Of a stretch of DNA of 64,000 nucleotides, positions 14,507 through 26,753 are shown piece by piece (positions within the stretch are counted from its first letter, which is position 1; every line of letters begins with the position of its first letter). The DNA comes from the human T2T-CHM13v2.0 reference genome, Homo sapiens. Below the pieces are notes generated by a model. It was not told the DNA's origin and made no database searches. It was given only the letters and a program-made list of their open reading frames with translations. Location: the NCBI RefSeq assembly GCF_009914755.1, contig NC_060947.1. The stretch is one strand, 5' to 3'. Made by a program: the position numbers and the translations under genes.

Positions 14507-16639
14507 GTTGGTGGGACCAGGAAGTAGAGAAAAAAAAAGTAAAATGTGGTCAATTCTTGCTTTGTTTTATTCTTTTTAGTCTTTCTTTGTAAAACTGAAG
14601 TATATGTACCCGGATCTGCTTAGCTTTTTCAGGAATGTGGGGGAAATTAAATAGCAATACATTTGACTTCCTGGTCACTTACACTTCAATTGTCCAAATA
14701 TTAATTGAGCAGCTGTACTTTGGAGGGCTCCTGGCTAGTACCGGATAAGCTAAGAAAACAAAAAACAAACAAACAACAAAAAAACCCCAATCCCTGCCCA
14801 CAGAATTTTAGAATCCAACAGCAGCTATCATATAACGAAGGTAATGAGATACTCCTTAAGACCTAAAGACAGGTGAAAAGGGGATAAAAAAGAAGGTGGG
14901 GGTATTACCAGCAGTGGAATCTAGTGTAAATGTCCTAAGCAAGGTAACTGAGACTTCGGGAAACTGAACATACTGCAATAGGAGGTAATTTTATGTCCTG
15001 GCATAGTGCCTATATGGGGCGCACTGAGCAGGGGTCACACACTCAGATGGTGGATCTCACACTTGAGAGATGGAGACTGGAATGAAAAATTGCCTTTAAC
15101 AGTTACTTTGGGATTGTGGAAAAACCAGAGGGGATCTTTGCCTGGAGCAGGGATTGAAAGTGGCCGGTGCTCTTGTCCCAGTGCAAGTGAAGTGAATCCA
15201 GTACACAAACTAGGTGTTTTATGAGCGTAGTCCCCAGGGTGTTTCTGAGAAATAAAGGTGATACTCCTTTAAGACTGGAAACTCATAAGCCACTGGGCTA
15301 ATACTCTGCTATCAGCTGGGGAGCCAGAACCCATTCCATTAAAAGGAATTTTTTTTCCTTTCATGTGTTTTTGCAAATTCTAAGGGAGATCTAGATTTTT
15401 GATGGTGGTAAAATGAATGAAAATAAGACTGGTTTGGATGAAAGGCCAGAGTTGGTCCTTGAACCAAAGCCTAGAAGGTTTGAGTTGCTTTCAGCTGAGA
15501 AAGACAACTCCACACTCAAAATATGATTTAATATGGAAAAGTTATTTAGAGTTTCTTTGTAAGCTGCGTTTTGGGCTGATTTTATTGTTCCATGTCTTAG
15601 AATGCTGTATATTCTTTGTTATCTCTTGGACTTAAAGAAAATCAGCAGGGTGGATGATTTCTTCTGTAGTTGAAATAATCTTAGTAATAACAAGTATTGT
15701 TTAAAGTCTCAATGCACACCAGGGCTTTGCACACTTTCACCACATTCCACCAGTCCTACAAGACAAGGCTTATCAAGCTCATTTCACAGATGTAGAGCCT
15801 GAGGCTCATAGAGTTTATTAATGTGCCCAAGTTCACACAGCTAGTAAGTGATAGGGCTGGAACTAGACTGCTGGTCTGAATTCCTCTAGAGCCCACACTG
15901 TTCCACTCCTCCCAAACTGAAGCTTACTGTGAATTGCTTAATTCATTTTCTTCTACAACCCCAAAGTGTGTCTCAGGTAAGAAAGAAGAGGTCTCTGTAC
16001 CCCAAACACTGGATTGGAATACATAACCAGAGCAAGAAGAATACCAAAATAATTGACAGATGTGAATTAAAGAGAAAAAGAAATAATACTCGGTGACAAT
16101 ATGATCACCGACAGAAGCAAAATTGGATAGCTTCAAAAGATCAAAAGATTACAAAAATCATCTGGCTCCACCCTTTTCTGTAGAAAGTAAAACTTTTAGA
16201 ACTACCCTTTGGTTGGTGAAGTGAAGGAATAGATCAGCATGTTTTTTTCCCTGAGAGCACAACATCTGTCCTAGGCTCTCCACCTTCCGTTTCAGTTTCC
16301 CAACATCACATCACTTCTGGGACAGGGACCTCTTCTCTGCAAGGTTTGCAAAGAGGAAACTGGTCAAATTTTTGCAGGGATGTGACATTTCCCTGGAAGA
16401 GTTTGATCAAGAGACAGAAGCCAACATGAGAACCCTCATGAATGAATGGTGGGGAGAAAACCACTCCAAAATGTAAGGGTTCATCCAGACCCTCAGGAGA
16501 GTGACCTCAGTTCAGTAGATAGAGGAGTCCCAGGTTCTGATACATGTAAAGGCGAGGAGCATAAATGAAGACTGATGGAAGGACCCAGCCAAAACTGTGG
16601 GGTTCTATGGAGTCCTTTCCTTATTATCTGTTTTTGCAG

Positions 16640-16744
16640 GTTGCAAAAGGACTGTGATCATATGAAGATCATCCAGGAGTACAACTCGAAATTCTCAGAA
16701 AACAGGACCTTGATGTGAGAGGAGCAGGTTCAGGTAAACAAAGG
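16640..16744 (+). other. MAGEB1: MAGEB1 non-coding exon 2
   Basis: Acceptor tctgtttttgcag|G and strong donor AGG|GTAAGT; agrees with recalled mRNA. Confidence 0.75.
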
Positions 16745-17279
16745 GTAAGTTACAGGTTTGCTCACTTGTCAAGGTGAGGACCTGAATGTGGACTAAGGGT
16801 AGCTAGCACCCACATGGCCTCACAAAGTCCCCTCTGCTGTCAGCCCTAGGAAGCCTTGGCGGAGATGGCAGGCTGAATTCTGCCTGGAAAGTCTCAGGGA
16901 GATGACTGGTTCCGTCTAATTGGGGCAGCCTCAGTTTTACAGAGCGAAGAGGCCGAGACCCTAACAAGAATCAATGTAGGGCTTTTAAGTGTTAAGAGGG
17001 GACTCCACCAGCAGATGAGTCCCCACAGAATTCACCCCGTTTTGAGGCATCAGACAGAGCTATCTACCTAAGGTGCCTCTCATTTCCGCCTGGAAGGTCT
17101 CATGGAGGATGGGGAGCGTGGGGCCTGAAGGGAGTAGCTTCAGTTCTGCCTGGAGAGGAAACCAGAGTCACGGTGAGGACTCTGAGAGCTGATGAGAAGG
17201 CCTCTGCCCAAAACGGGACTTTCACAGAGCCCTGCCGCTGCTGTCAGGCCTGTGAGGCCCAGGCAGGGGTGGCCTGTGT

Positions 17280-17860
17280 GGCACGCTCAGATTTCCACCT
17301 TGGGGGCTGAGAGAGGTGGGGCTATTGTTTGAGGCTGGCGGATTTGGGTCAGCAGGCGGAGTCGTCCCAGACTGCTAGATACTAAGGTGAGGACCCCTAG
17401 TGGGGACGTAGGGACCAGCGACGCTAGAACAGTTACGTCCAGAAGCCTACCACCCCTGCCGTCAGCCCGGAGGCCACGGGCTGCCGGATGTGGCTCATCC
17501 TGACTTCCGCTTTGAAGGCGAGGACCCCAGCGAGCGTAAGGGCGCAGTGTCCGCCTGGCGGATTTGGGTCAGCAGGCGGAAGTCGTCCCAGGCTGCTAGA
17601 TACTAAGGTGAGGAACCCTAGTGGGGACGTAGGGACCAGCGACACTAGAACAGTGACGTCCCGTAGCGTCCTGCCTCTGCCGTCAGCCCTCAGAGGCCCT
17701 GGGCTGCCGGATGTGGCTCATCCTCATTTCCCTTTTGAAGGCGAGGACCCGAGCGAGCTTAAGGAGTGGGGTGCAGCGTCTGGTCAGCCGAGGGTGAATT
17801 CTCAGGACTGGTCGGGAGTCAAGGTGAGGACCCTGAGTGTAAATTGAAGAGACCACCCCC
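17280..17860 (+). promoter_or_regulatory. MAGEB1: CpG-rich MAGEB1 promoter with inverted ETS sites; likely alternative first exon ending at 17607
   Basis: High CpG density; CCGGATGT (17484-17491), ACTTCCG (17503-17509), GCGGAAGT (17576-17583); donor AAG|GTGAGG at 17607/17608. Resembles the methylation-sensitive ETS promoters known for MAGE-A genes. Confidence 0.75.
17741..17823 (+). other. MAGEB1: MAGEB1 non-coding exon 3 (module-derived)
   Basis: Acceptor catttcccttttgaag|G and donor AAG|GTGAGG; agrees with recalled mRNA. Confidence 0.72.
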
Positions 17861-18035
17861 ACCCGTAACAAAGAGGTCCCCTCTAAGTCCCGCTTCTGCA
17901 TTTGGTCCTGGGAGGCCTCAGGTAACCAGATGGGTAGCACCCTGACTGTCTCTTCAGCGACTCAGGGAGACGAAGGCTTTGGCCTAAGCCTTATAGACTC
18001 AGGTCAATAGAGGGAGGAGTCCTAAACCCTACTAC

Positions 18036-18356
<321 letters not shown>

Positions 18357-20845
18357 TCAGCCTTGGTGGGATGTGGCCCACTATGACTGTGAACTTAGGT
18401 CCAAGGAATATGAGAACTTTTGTCTACGGGGCATGGTGTTAGGAGCAGTTGATGGGTGGAGTCCCAGAAAGAGTGCTGAGTGGAGGTGGAGACACTGAGT
18501 GAGGAAATGGCGGCTACTCTATACACGAGGGAGACAATTGCGCCTGATGCTGTCCCTGGGAGTCCCAGGCCAGAGCTGGCAGGCTCAAGTACTCCCTGGC
18601 TTCTGCCTTCATAGTCTTAGAGAGAGGAGGGCCTTGGTTTAAGGCCTCACTGCCCCAGTTCAGTAGAGAGATAGGAGTCATACGCCAAGACAGGTGTCAA
18701 GGTACAATTTCTTTATGAGGAATGAGGTAACCGTCTAGTCCAGAACAGGCAGGAACACAGTCTTACCTTGGCGTTCATTCCTTAGAAGCCAGGGTTAGAA
18801 CTCTCAAGTTGAGATGCCCCTCATTTCCTTCAGGTACTGTTTCAGGTACATAACGGCTTTGGTTTAACATGAAAGCCCTTGTTTAGTACAGGGAGGAGGC
18901 CCAGTTCCTAAAAGATGGTGACACTGAGGGAGTATGAGGGGACCCCCTCCAAGAAAGAGGTAACACAGATAGAGCCCTATCCCCACTGAGACCTGGGAGA
19001 TCCAGGTATGGTGACATGATGAGTCTCACTCACTTCTTCCTAGAGCATCTCAGGGAAGTGGGGAACTTCATCAAAGGGGGCAGCCTTATGTTAGCAGCTA
19101 GAGGATTCCTAGGTAATTCCAGGAGTCAAAAAGAAGACCCTGAGAACTGGGGGAACCACTCATCCCATAACAGTGAAAGAAACACGGAATTCCTTCCTGA
19201 TTTTCATCCTTGGGAGATGATGGACAATTGTAGCCAGATGGGAAAAGTTTCACTTCTTCCTCAGGGAGTTGTCGGGGGGTGCTTTGTATGACTGGATAGG
19301 CGTTAGATCAAGACAGAGAAGTCACTGAGGGAGGAATGAGATGAGCATTTACCTAGAGAGTGGGGCTTCACCAAGTTCTACCCCCTCTCAGCTCTGGGAA
19401 ACCCCAGGCAGAAGTACCCAGATGTGTCATCCCCTCAAGACTAGCCCTGGGTACTCAGAGAGGTGAAGGCTTTTGTATGAGCCTGGAAGAATCAAGTGGG
19501 ATTAGAGAGGAGCTCAGACTCTGCTTGAGTGAAGACTAAAGAGAACAACGACCCCAGAACAGTGGAGCCCCATAGAGGACGTGGTGACTGGATGTGATTC
19601 AGGCTTTCTTTCATCTTGGGACTATGAGGCAATGAGAATCTTAATCTGATGTAAGGGGCCTCAGGTCAGTAGAGAGAGGATTTCCAGGTTGTGCCAGGCC
19701 TCATAGAGAGGACTTGAGGGAACTCCCACCTCATCAGTGGGGATCCCTCAGAGTCCCTCTGTATGTCAGCGCTAGGAAGCCCCCAGCATAAATGTCAGAA
19801 ATGCCCCTAAATTCCTCTTCAGAAGTAACAGGGAAATGAAGGTCTTAGTCAGATGGGTTAGCAGGAGGGGTGGGAGGCATTTTAGGCCCTCCCAGGAGTC
19901 AAACTGGAGACCTTGAGTGAGGACCATGAGTGGGGCTACACATCACAGGGCTTCAACCTGCCAGCCACAGCTTTCAGCCTCTGGAGAATATGGGCATTGT
20001 GACCAGATACAGCCACCCTCATTTCCTCCATTGGGTCTCAGGCAGATGTAGGCCTTACTATGAGTAAATGTCCTCAGGTGTAGAGAGAACAGAGCCCTAG
20101 GCCCTTCTGGGAGTCGAAGTGTGAGTGTGGACTGAAGGCACCATTCCCCCAAGCCCCCAACCCCCACCCCAAATAGAGGAAAAACAACGATGCTAGCCCT
20201 GTCTCTGCACTTAGCTCTGAAAGGCCTTGGCCAAGGGTTGCCAGGCTGAGACTTTATTTCTTTGCATCAGGTCTAAGGGAGGTGACAGCTTTGGTCTGAA
20301 GATGCAGCACCAGTTAGCAGAAGACAGGTTCCCAGAACTTAGATATAGATGAGATGAGGACTCTGAATTAAGATTGAGGTCCAACTAGCCCAGGACAGAG
20401 AGAGTTCCATAGAACTGTCAGCACTGCCATCCCGCCCAGCCCCCGGTAAGGATGGTAGGTTGAAGCAGTGCCTCATTTTTCTTTGGTGGATTCCAGGGAG
20501 CTTTGAAGTGTCAGCTTCAGAGCAGCACAGGAAGGAGGTCCCAGACCCTTTCAAGAGTAGATATGAAGATCCTGTATATGAATTGAGAGGGCCCTTGAAC
20601 ACAGAGGGAGTCTACACTGCCAACCTCTGCTGTCACCCAGTCAGCCCCAGGCAGGGTTGGCAACAAGAACCCAGTGGGTTCCTAGAGCAATGCCCTCAAG
20701 AAAACCAGCAGAAGTGGCTCTCTAAAAGCCAAGGTGGTACCTCCCTGCTGCAAGTACTCACAGGATCTCATTCTCTCTCCTTCAGGTGCCACATCTCCTG
20801 CCTTTCTGCTCACTTTCCTGCCTGTTTTGCCTGACCACAGCCATC

Positions 20846-21889
20846 ATGCCTCGGGGTCAGAAGAGTAAGCTCCGTGCTCGTGAGAAACGCCGCAAGGCGC
20901 GAGAGGAGACCCAGGGTCTCAAGGTTGCTCACGCCACTGCAGCAGAGAAAGAGGAGTGCCCCTCCTCCTCTCCTGTTTTAGGGGATACTCCCACAAGCTC
21001 CCCTGCTGCTGGCATTCCCCAGAAGCCTCAGGGAGCTCCACCCACCACCACTGCTGCTGCAGCTGTGTCATGTACCGAATCTGACGAAGGTGCCAAATGC
21101 CAAGGTGAGGAAAATGCAAGTTTCTCCCAGGCCACAACATCCACTGAGAGCTCAGTCAAAGATCCTGTAGCCTGGGAGGCAGGAATGCTGATGCACTTCA
21201 TTCTACGTAAGTATAAAATGAGAGAGCCCATTATGAAGGCAGATATGCTGAAGGTTGTTGATGAAAAGTACAAGGATCACTTCACTGAGATCCTCAATGG
21301 AGCCTCTCGCCGCTTGGAGCTCGTCTTTGGCCTTGATTTGAAGGAAGACAACCCTAGTGGCCACACCTACACCCTCGTCAGTAAGCTAAACCTCACCAAT
21401 GATGGAAACCTGAGCAATGATTGGGACTTTCCCAGGAATGGGCTTCTGATGCCTCTCCTGGGTGTGATCTTCTTAAAGGGCAACTCTGCCACCGAGGAAG
21501 AGATCTGGAAATTCATGAATGTGTTGGGAGCCTATGATGGAGAGGAGCACTTAATCTATGGGGAACCCCGTAAGTTCATCACCCAAGATCTGGTGCAGGA
21601 AAAATATCTGAAGTACGAGCAGGTGCCCAACAGTGATCCCCCACGCTATCAATTCCTATGGGGTCCGAGAGCCTATGCTGAAACCACCAAGATGAAAGTC
21701 CTCGAGTTTTTGGCCAAGATGAATGGTGCCACTCCCCGTGACTTCCCATCCCATTATGAAGAGGCTTTGAGAGATGAGGAAGAGAGAGCCCAAGTCCGAT
21801 CCAGTGTTAGAGCCAGGCGTCGCACTACTGCCACGACTTTTAGAGCGCGTTCTAGAGCCCCATTCAGCAGGTCCTCCCACCCCATGTGA
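20846..21889 (+). CDS. MAGEB1: Melanoma-associated antigen B1 (347 aa)
   Basis: True start is the gccatcATG at 20846 (the ORF track starts at a GTG that is the exon's first base, 20786). MPRGQKSKLRAREKRRKAREETQGL...FSRSSHPM matches recalled MAGEB1; 1044 nt = 347 codons + stop. Confidence 0.96.
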   Translation: MPRGQKSKLRAREKRRKAREETQGLKVAHATAAEKEECPSSSPVLGDTPTSSPAAGIPQKPQGAPPTTTAAAAVSCTESDEGAKCQGEENASFSQATTSTESSVKDPVAWEAGMLMHFILRKYKMREPIMKADMLKVVDEKYKDHFTEILNGASRRLELVFGLDLKEDNPSGHTYTLVSKLNLTNDGNLSNDWDFPRNGLLMPLLGVIFLKGNSATEEEIWKFMNVLGAYDGEEHLIYGEPRKFITQDLVQEKYLKYEQVPNSDPPRYQFLWGPRAYAETTKMKVLEFLAKMNGATPRDFPSHYEEALRDEEERAQVRSSVRARRRTTATTFRARSRAPFSRSSHPM

Positions 21890-22371
21890 GAACTCAGGCA
21901 GATTGTTCACTTTGTTTTTGTGGCAAGATGCCAACCTTTTGAAGTAGTGAGCAGCCAAGATATGGCTAGAGAGATCATCATATATATCTCCTTTGTGTTC
22001 CTGTTAAACATTAGTATCTTTCAAGTGTTTTTCTTTTAATAGAATGTTTATTTAGAGTTGGGATCTATGTCTATGAGCGACATGGATCACACATTTATTG
22101 GTGCTGCCAGCTTTAAGCATAAGAGTTTTGATATTCTATATTTTTCAAATCCTTGAATCTTTTTTGGGTTGAAGAAGAAGAAAGCATAGCTTTAGAATAG
22201 AGATTTTCTCAGAAATGTGTGAAAGAACCTCACACAACATAATTGGAGTCTTAAAATAGAGGAAGAGTAAGCAAAGCATGTCAAGTTTTTGTTTTCTGCA
22301 TTCAGTTTTGTTTTTGTAAAATCCAAAGATACATACCTGGTTGTTTTTAGCCTTTTCAAGAATGCAGATAA

Positions 22372-22387
22372 AATAAATAGTAATAAA
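22372..22387 (+). terminator. MAGEB1: Poly(A) signals of MAGEB1
   Basis: Tandem AATAAA at 22372 and 22382. Confidence 0.7.
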
Positions 22388-24989
22388 TTATATTACTTGT
22401 TCAGTGGCTCATTTATTCTCACCATAAATTGAGCATCTGCTCTTTGTAAGGCTCTGTGATAGTAGTGATTGTACTAAGTTAAAGAAGACCCTTCGCCTGC
22501 ACACAGATTTTTAGTCTAAGGACAGTTATTATTTAAAGAAGATGGTGAGATACACTCTAACATGTACAGATTTTTTTTTTTTTACATATAAACACTCATT
22601 TAAAAAAAAAAGAAGTGAGAATGGTGGGAGAAGGTTCAGACAAGAGCAGTCAAGTGTTAATTTCCTAGCCAAGGCACTTCGTGGTGTGGGACAATGCAAG
22701 TCCCTCGTTGGGAGGTCATTTTAAGTTAGCTCCATGGTGAACTGGATGAGGTTGTGATAATCATAAGAAGGTGCCAAACCCTCAGATCATGAGCCTTAGA
22801 GTTGAGAGATTAAGCCTGGAAAGGGAAACTGCCCTTAACAGTTACTTTGGGATTGTGGGTAAAGCAGAGAGAACCTGTGTCTGGAGGAGGAGTGGAAGAA
22901 TACAGTGCTCTCGTCCCAGGGCAGTCAAACACAGTGCACAAACTAGTTGTTTTATGCACATTGTCTCCAGAAAGTGTTTGAGAAATAAGGGTTATACTTC
23001 CTTGAGGTGAGATGCCAAGAAGCCACTAAGCTAACACTGTTTTCCCTAAGCTTGTGCAGCCAGAGCCTACTCCATTAATTAGGTCTTCTCATATATAATT
23101 TCGCAAAACTCCAAGGTAGGGCTAGATTCATTGGTGACGAAATAAGTGAAAATAAGAATGTTTTTGTAGGAAGGGAATCTCAGAGGGAGGGGAGTCGTTG
23201 GTCCTTGACATAAACTCTATAAGCTTAGAGTTGAATTCTGATGAAGTCCCTGCTCCCATATTAAATAACATATTCTCTCATGGGGAGAATTTACATAGCG
23301 TTACTTGCTTTGCAGCATTTTGGCTTATTTGGTGGTGGTTTTTTAGAGCACTGAATGTTCTCTGACAATTCCTGGACAAAACAAAAATTTTCCAGAGATG
23401 AGAATAGCCTTTCTTGTGTGAATATAATAGTAGTAACTGCCATTCATTAAAGACCCAATATTTGCCAGTCATTTTGCCAGATGCCTTACATACATTACAT
23501 GTGTTCCAACAATTCTACAAGATGGGGCTTATCAAATTAGGAGATGAAAAACTTGTAACATTCTCAAGTTCACATGGCTGGTAAGTGCCAGGGCTGGGAC
23601 AAAACCCCTGGTCTGAATGTTTCTAGGGCCCACACTGTCCTGCTTCTCTCAATCTGAGGCCAAACTGTCTCTTAATTCTCACTGTTCCACAATATCTCTC
23701 AAGTGATAACAAGTGCCCTGTGGCCAAAGTACTAAAAGCAGGCCTCTTAGTGAAAGGAAAGTTAAAATGAGAAACAAAGTTTTGGACTGTCTGTGGGGTT
23801 CATTGGCCTGGGGTTTTCCCGCCTTAGCCCACAGGTTCCTCTAGAGCTGACTCTGCTCTGGTCCCAGCACATAAGTCTAGTCCAGTGCTTTCCAACATTA
23901 CAGTGCCCTTCCCTGGGGTCTTCCCCAGTGTGCCCCCCTGTCCACACTGGAACTGACCTACTGGTCAACTTCACTGCATCTTTCTCTGGAGCCTGCACCT
24001 GCTCCCAGAGGAAAAGACAGCCCAGACTCACCTGCGTTTTCCCTGACACAGAGGGTTCCAACTGCTTGGAGGTCCCACCCCTCACCACAGATGCCCTTTG
24101 ATAGCAACAGCCCCTTTCGTGTAATTGTTCACTTCAAACAGTGAAACTTAGACACCTCTTCATGTCTCTGGGTACTGCCACCACACTGTTAAAGTGTTTT
24201 CAAATCTACTGGTGAGGAGTGATTTAGCGCAGAATCTACTGTTTCTTGGTTTATAACCCTGAGGCTAGAAAAGAGGCTTTTTAAAACCACCCTGATATTT
24301 GCAGTAGGATTTTAATAGAGTATTTTATTTGAGACAGGCCACTGAACACATACACCAATGAGTGAATTTACCTATGTGGTCAACATCCAAAGCCTCCCTC
24401 TTAAGTGGTAGATAAGGAAAGACAGAGGAAATCACTGTGTAAGCAAACATCTACTGTGGCTGAATCCCTAAAAATCTTTCTTTAAGTCCTCAGAGGCAGA
24501 AAATGGTCCCTTGGCAGACATGCCAACTTTGAATAAAAAGAAAAAAATAACTTACTATCCTTCAATTTACTCTTATCTATATCTGCCCCAGAGGAAAATA
24601 TTGGTTTTTCAGTGTGCTTCATTGTACCTGTTCAGGTGTTTGGGAATGTTAAGTAGGTGGTGGGTAGCTGTGATTTGACCAGGCACCAAAGGTAGGAGAA
24701 AATTCTCAGCCTGTTAAGATTACGCAGGTTATTATAAAGAGTCGTGCAGAAAGGTGCTATTGATTGACAAAGGACAAATCCTCCTTGTAGAAATTTCCAG
24801 GATCATTTTGAAAATTAGACATGACCTTGTGTTTGAAAACATCTGTCACATAGTAGACACTAGAAAAATGTTGCAAATTTCAAGGCAAATTTGGCCTTCT
24901 TACAAACTCCTCTAAGAAATGAAGAGGGTTATTGTCCTAACCAATTATAAGAGTTGCTCTTCATTGAACATCTACTGTGTACTAGTTTA

Positions 24990-25395
24990 TGGGAGAGATG
25001 GCAAGTGTTTATCCACATGATGTCCTGCTCTTTTTCCCGGGCTCATGGAGAGACTACCTTCCCAGTCTACTCATAGGTAAAAAGGGTCATGTGATTAACC
25101 CTTGCCACTGAAATATGAGTAAAAGCATGTTTGTCACCTCTAGGCCAAGGCACTGAGATCCAGTCGGCCACCTCCATGCTTTCTCTTCCATTCAACAGCA
25201 AACATGGAGAACCCACATTGAGGTGTGGAGCCACATGATGGAAACAACCTGGTTCCCTAGGTCACTGCCAACCCACTTCAGGTTTTATGTGCACGAAAAA
25301 AGAAACATTTATCATGTTAACCCATTCATATTTCAAGGTTTTTGTTGTTGTTGTTGTTGGATCAGTTAGCATTTACTTTATTTGAGTAATATACA
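24990..25395 (+). mobile_element. MaLR LTR (MLT1J-like)
   Basis: ggtcatgtgattaacccttgcc...gtcacctctaggccaaggca...ggagccacatgatggaaacaacctgg...taatataca. Confidence 0.7.
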
Positions 25396-25757
25396 CAACT
25401 ACTATTTCTATTGTCTGTCAGGCCTATTAAAAATATTTTAATCACAAAGCTAGTGGTAGTATGCATATTCTTGTTGGAAAAAAATTTAATACCAATAAAT
25501 CACAATCTCCTCCCTCACAACATTCCTCTAAAATTCAGCCCCCTTTTCAAAAGTAACCACGATTAATAATTTGTTGTGTCATTTTAAAGCTGACTCAAAG
25601 CTTTTTAATACATAGATGTGCTATGAAAATATATTGAGATGTGCTATGAAAATATATATCAGAGTCCATTAGAGAGACCACATGCTAAACTAAGCCCACA
25701 GAACCCAAAGCAGCTGGCAGTCAGGGGTTTGGATCTAGAGTACAGCATAAGGTAGAC

Positions 25758-26753
25758 TATCAGGCGAACCAGCCCCCAATATTTCAACGTAGGTTCTTTT
25801 CTATTTTCCCTAAGGGTCGGCTGGTCTGAGAAATAAAGGGAAAGAGTGCAAAAGAGATAAATTTTAAAGCTGGGTGTCCGGGGGAGACATCACATGTTGG
25901 CAGGTTCCGTGATGCCCCCTGAGCCGTAAAACCAGCAAGTTTTTATTAGCAATTTTCAAAGGGGAGCGAGTGTGCAAATAGGATGTGGGTCACAGAGATC
26001 ACATGCTTCAAGGGCAACAAAAGATCACAAGGCAGAAGGTCAGGGCAAGATCACAAGGTCAGGGTGAAACTCGAATTACTAATGAAGTTCCATGTCCTGC
26101 TGTGCATGCATTGTCATTGATAAACATCTTAACAGGGTTCAAGAGCAGAGAACCGGTCTGACTAGAATTCACCAGGCTGGAATTTCCTAATCCTAGCAAG
26201 CCTGGGGGCACTGCAGGAGGCCAGGGCATGTTTCATCCCTTATCTGCAACTGCATAAGGCAGACACCCCCAGAGCAGCCATTTTAGAGGCCCCCCATGGG
26301 AATGCATTCTTTTCCCAGGGCTGTTAATTATTAATATTCCTTACTCGGGAAAGAATTCAGCAATATTTCTCACCTGTTTTCGGTAATAAGAGAAATATGG
26401 CTCTGTCCTGCCTGGCTCCCAGGCAGTCAGACCTAACGGTTATCTCCCTTGTTCCCTGAACATCGCTGTTATCCTGTTCTTTTTTCAAGGTGCCCAGATT
26501 TCATATTGTTCAAACACACATGCTTTACGAACAATTTGTGCAGTTAACGCAATCATCACAGGGTCCTGAGGTGACATACATCCTCAGCTTATGAAGATGA
26601 TGGGATTAAGAGATCAAAGTAAAGACAGGCATAGGAAATTATAAGAGTATTGATTGGGGAAGTAATAAATGTCCATGAAATCTTCACAATTTATGTTCTT
26701 CTGTCACGGCTTCAGCAGGTCCCTCCATTCAGGGTCCCTGACTTCCCGCAACA
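25758..26753 (-). mobile_element. MER11 solo LTR (HERV-K11 family)
   Basis: Reverse complement begins TGTTGCGGGAAGTCAGGGACCC and ends GAAATATTGGGGGCTGGTTCGCCTGATA; 6-bp TSD GTAGAC/GTAGAG; ~1 kb. Confidence 0.9.

Larger units (their letters stand above)
13997..14700 (+). pseudogene. 3'-terminal remnant of an additional MAGE-B paralog (last ~50 codons, frameshifted, plus its 3'UTR)
   Basis: TGG GCC AAG GTC AAT GAC AGT GTC = WAKVNDSV; after a frameshift EKTLRDEGERAR; ends SSSVSHSL* (tcccactccttgtgaagtctgagg). Followed by sequence paralogous to the MAGEB3/B1 3'UTRs (gggaacaccatgtataac; tatatgtacc...caggaatgtgg...attaaatagcaatac). Confidence 0.85.

Noticed and set aside
20786-20845. 20-aa N-terminal extension of MAGEB1 in the ORF track
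   Set aside because: It starts at a GTG that is the first base after the splice acceptor; paralogs start at the conserved gccatcATG (20846).
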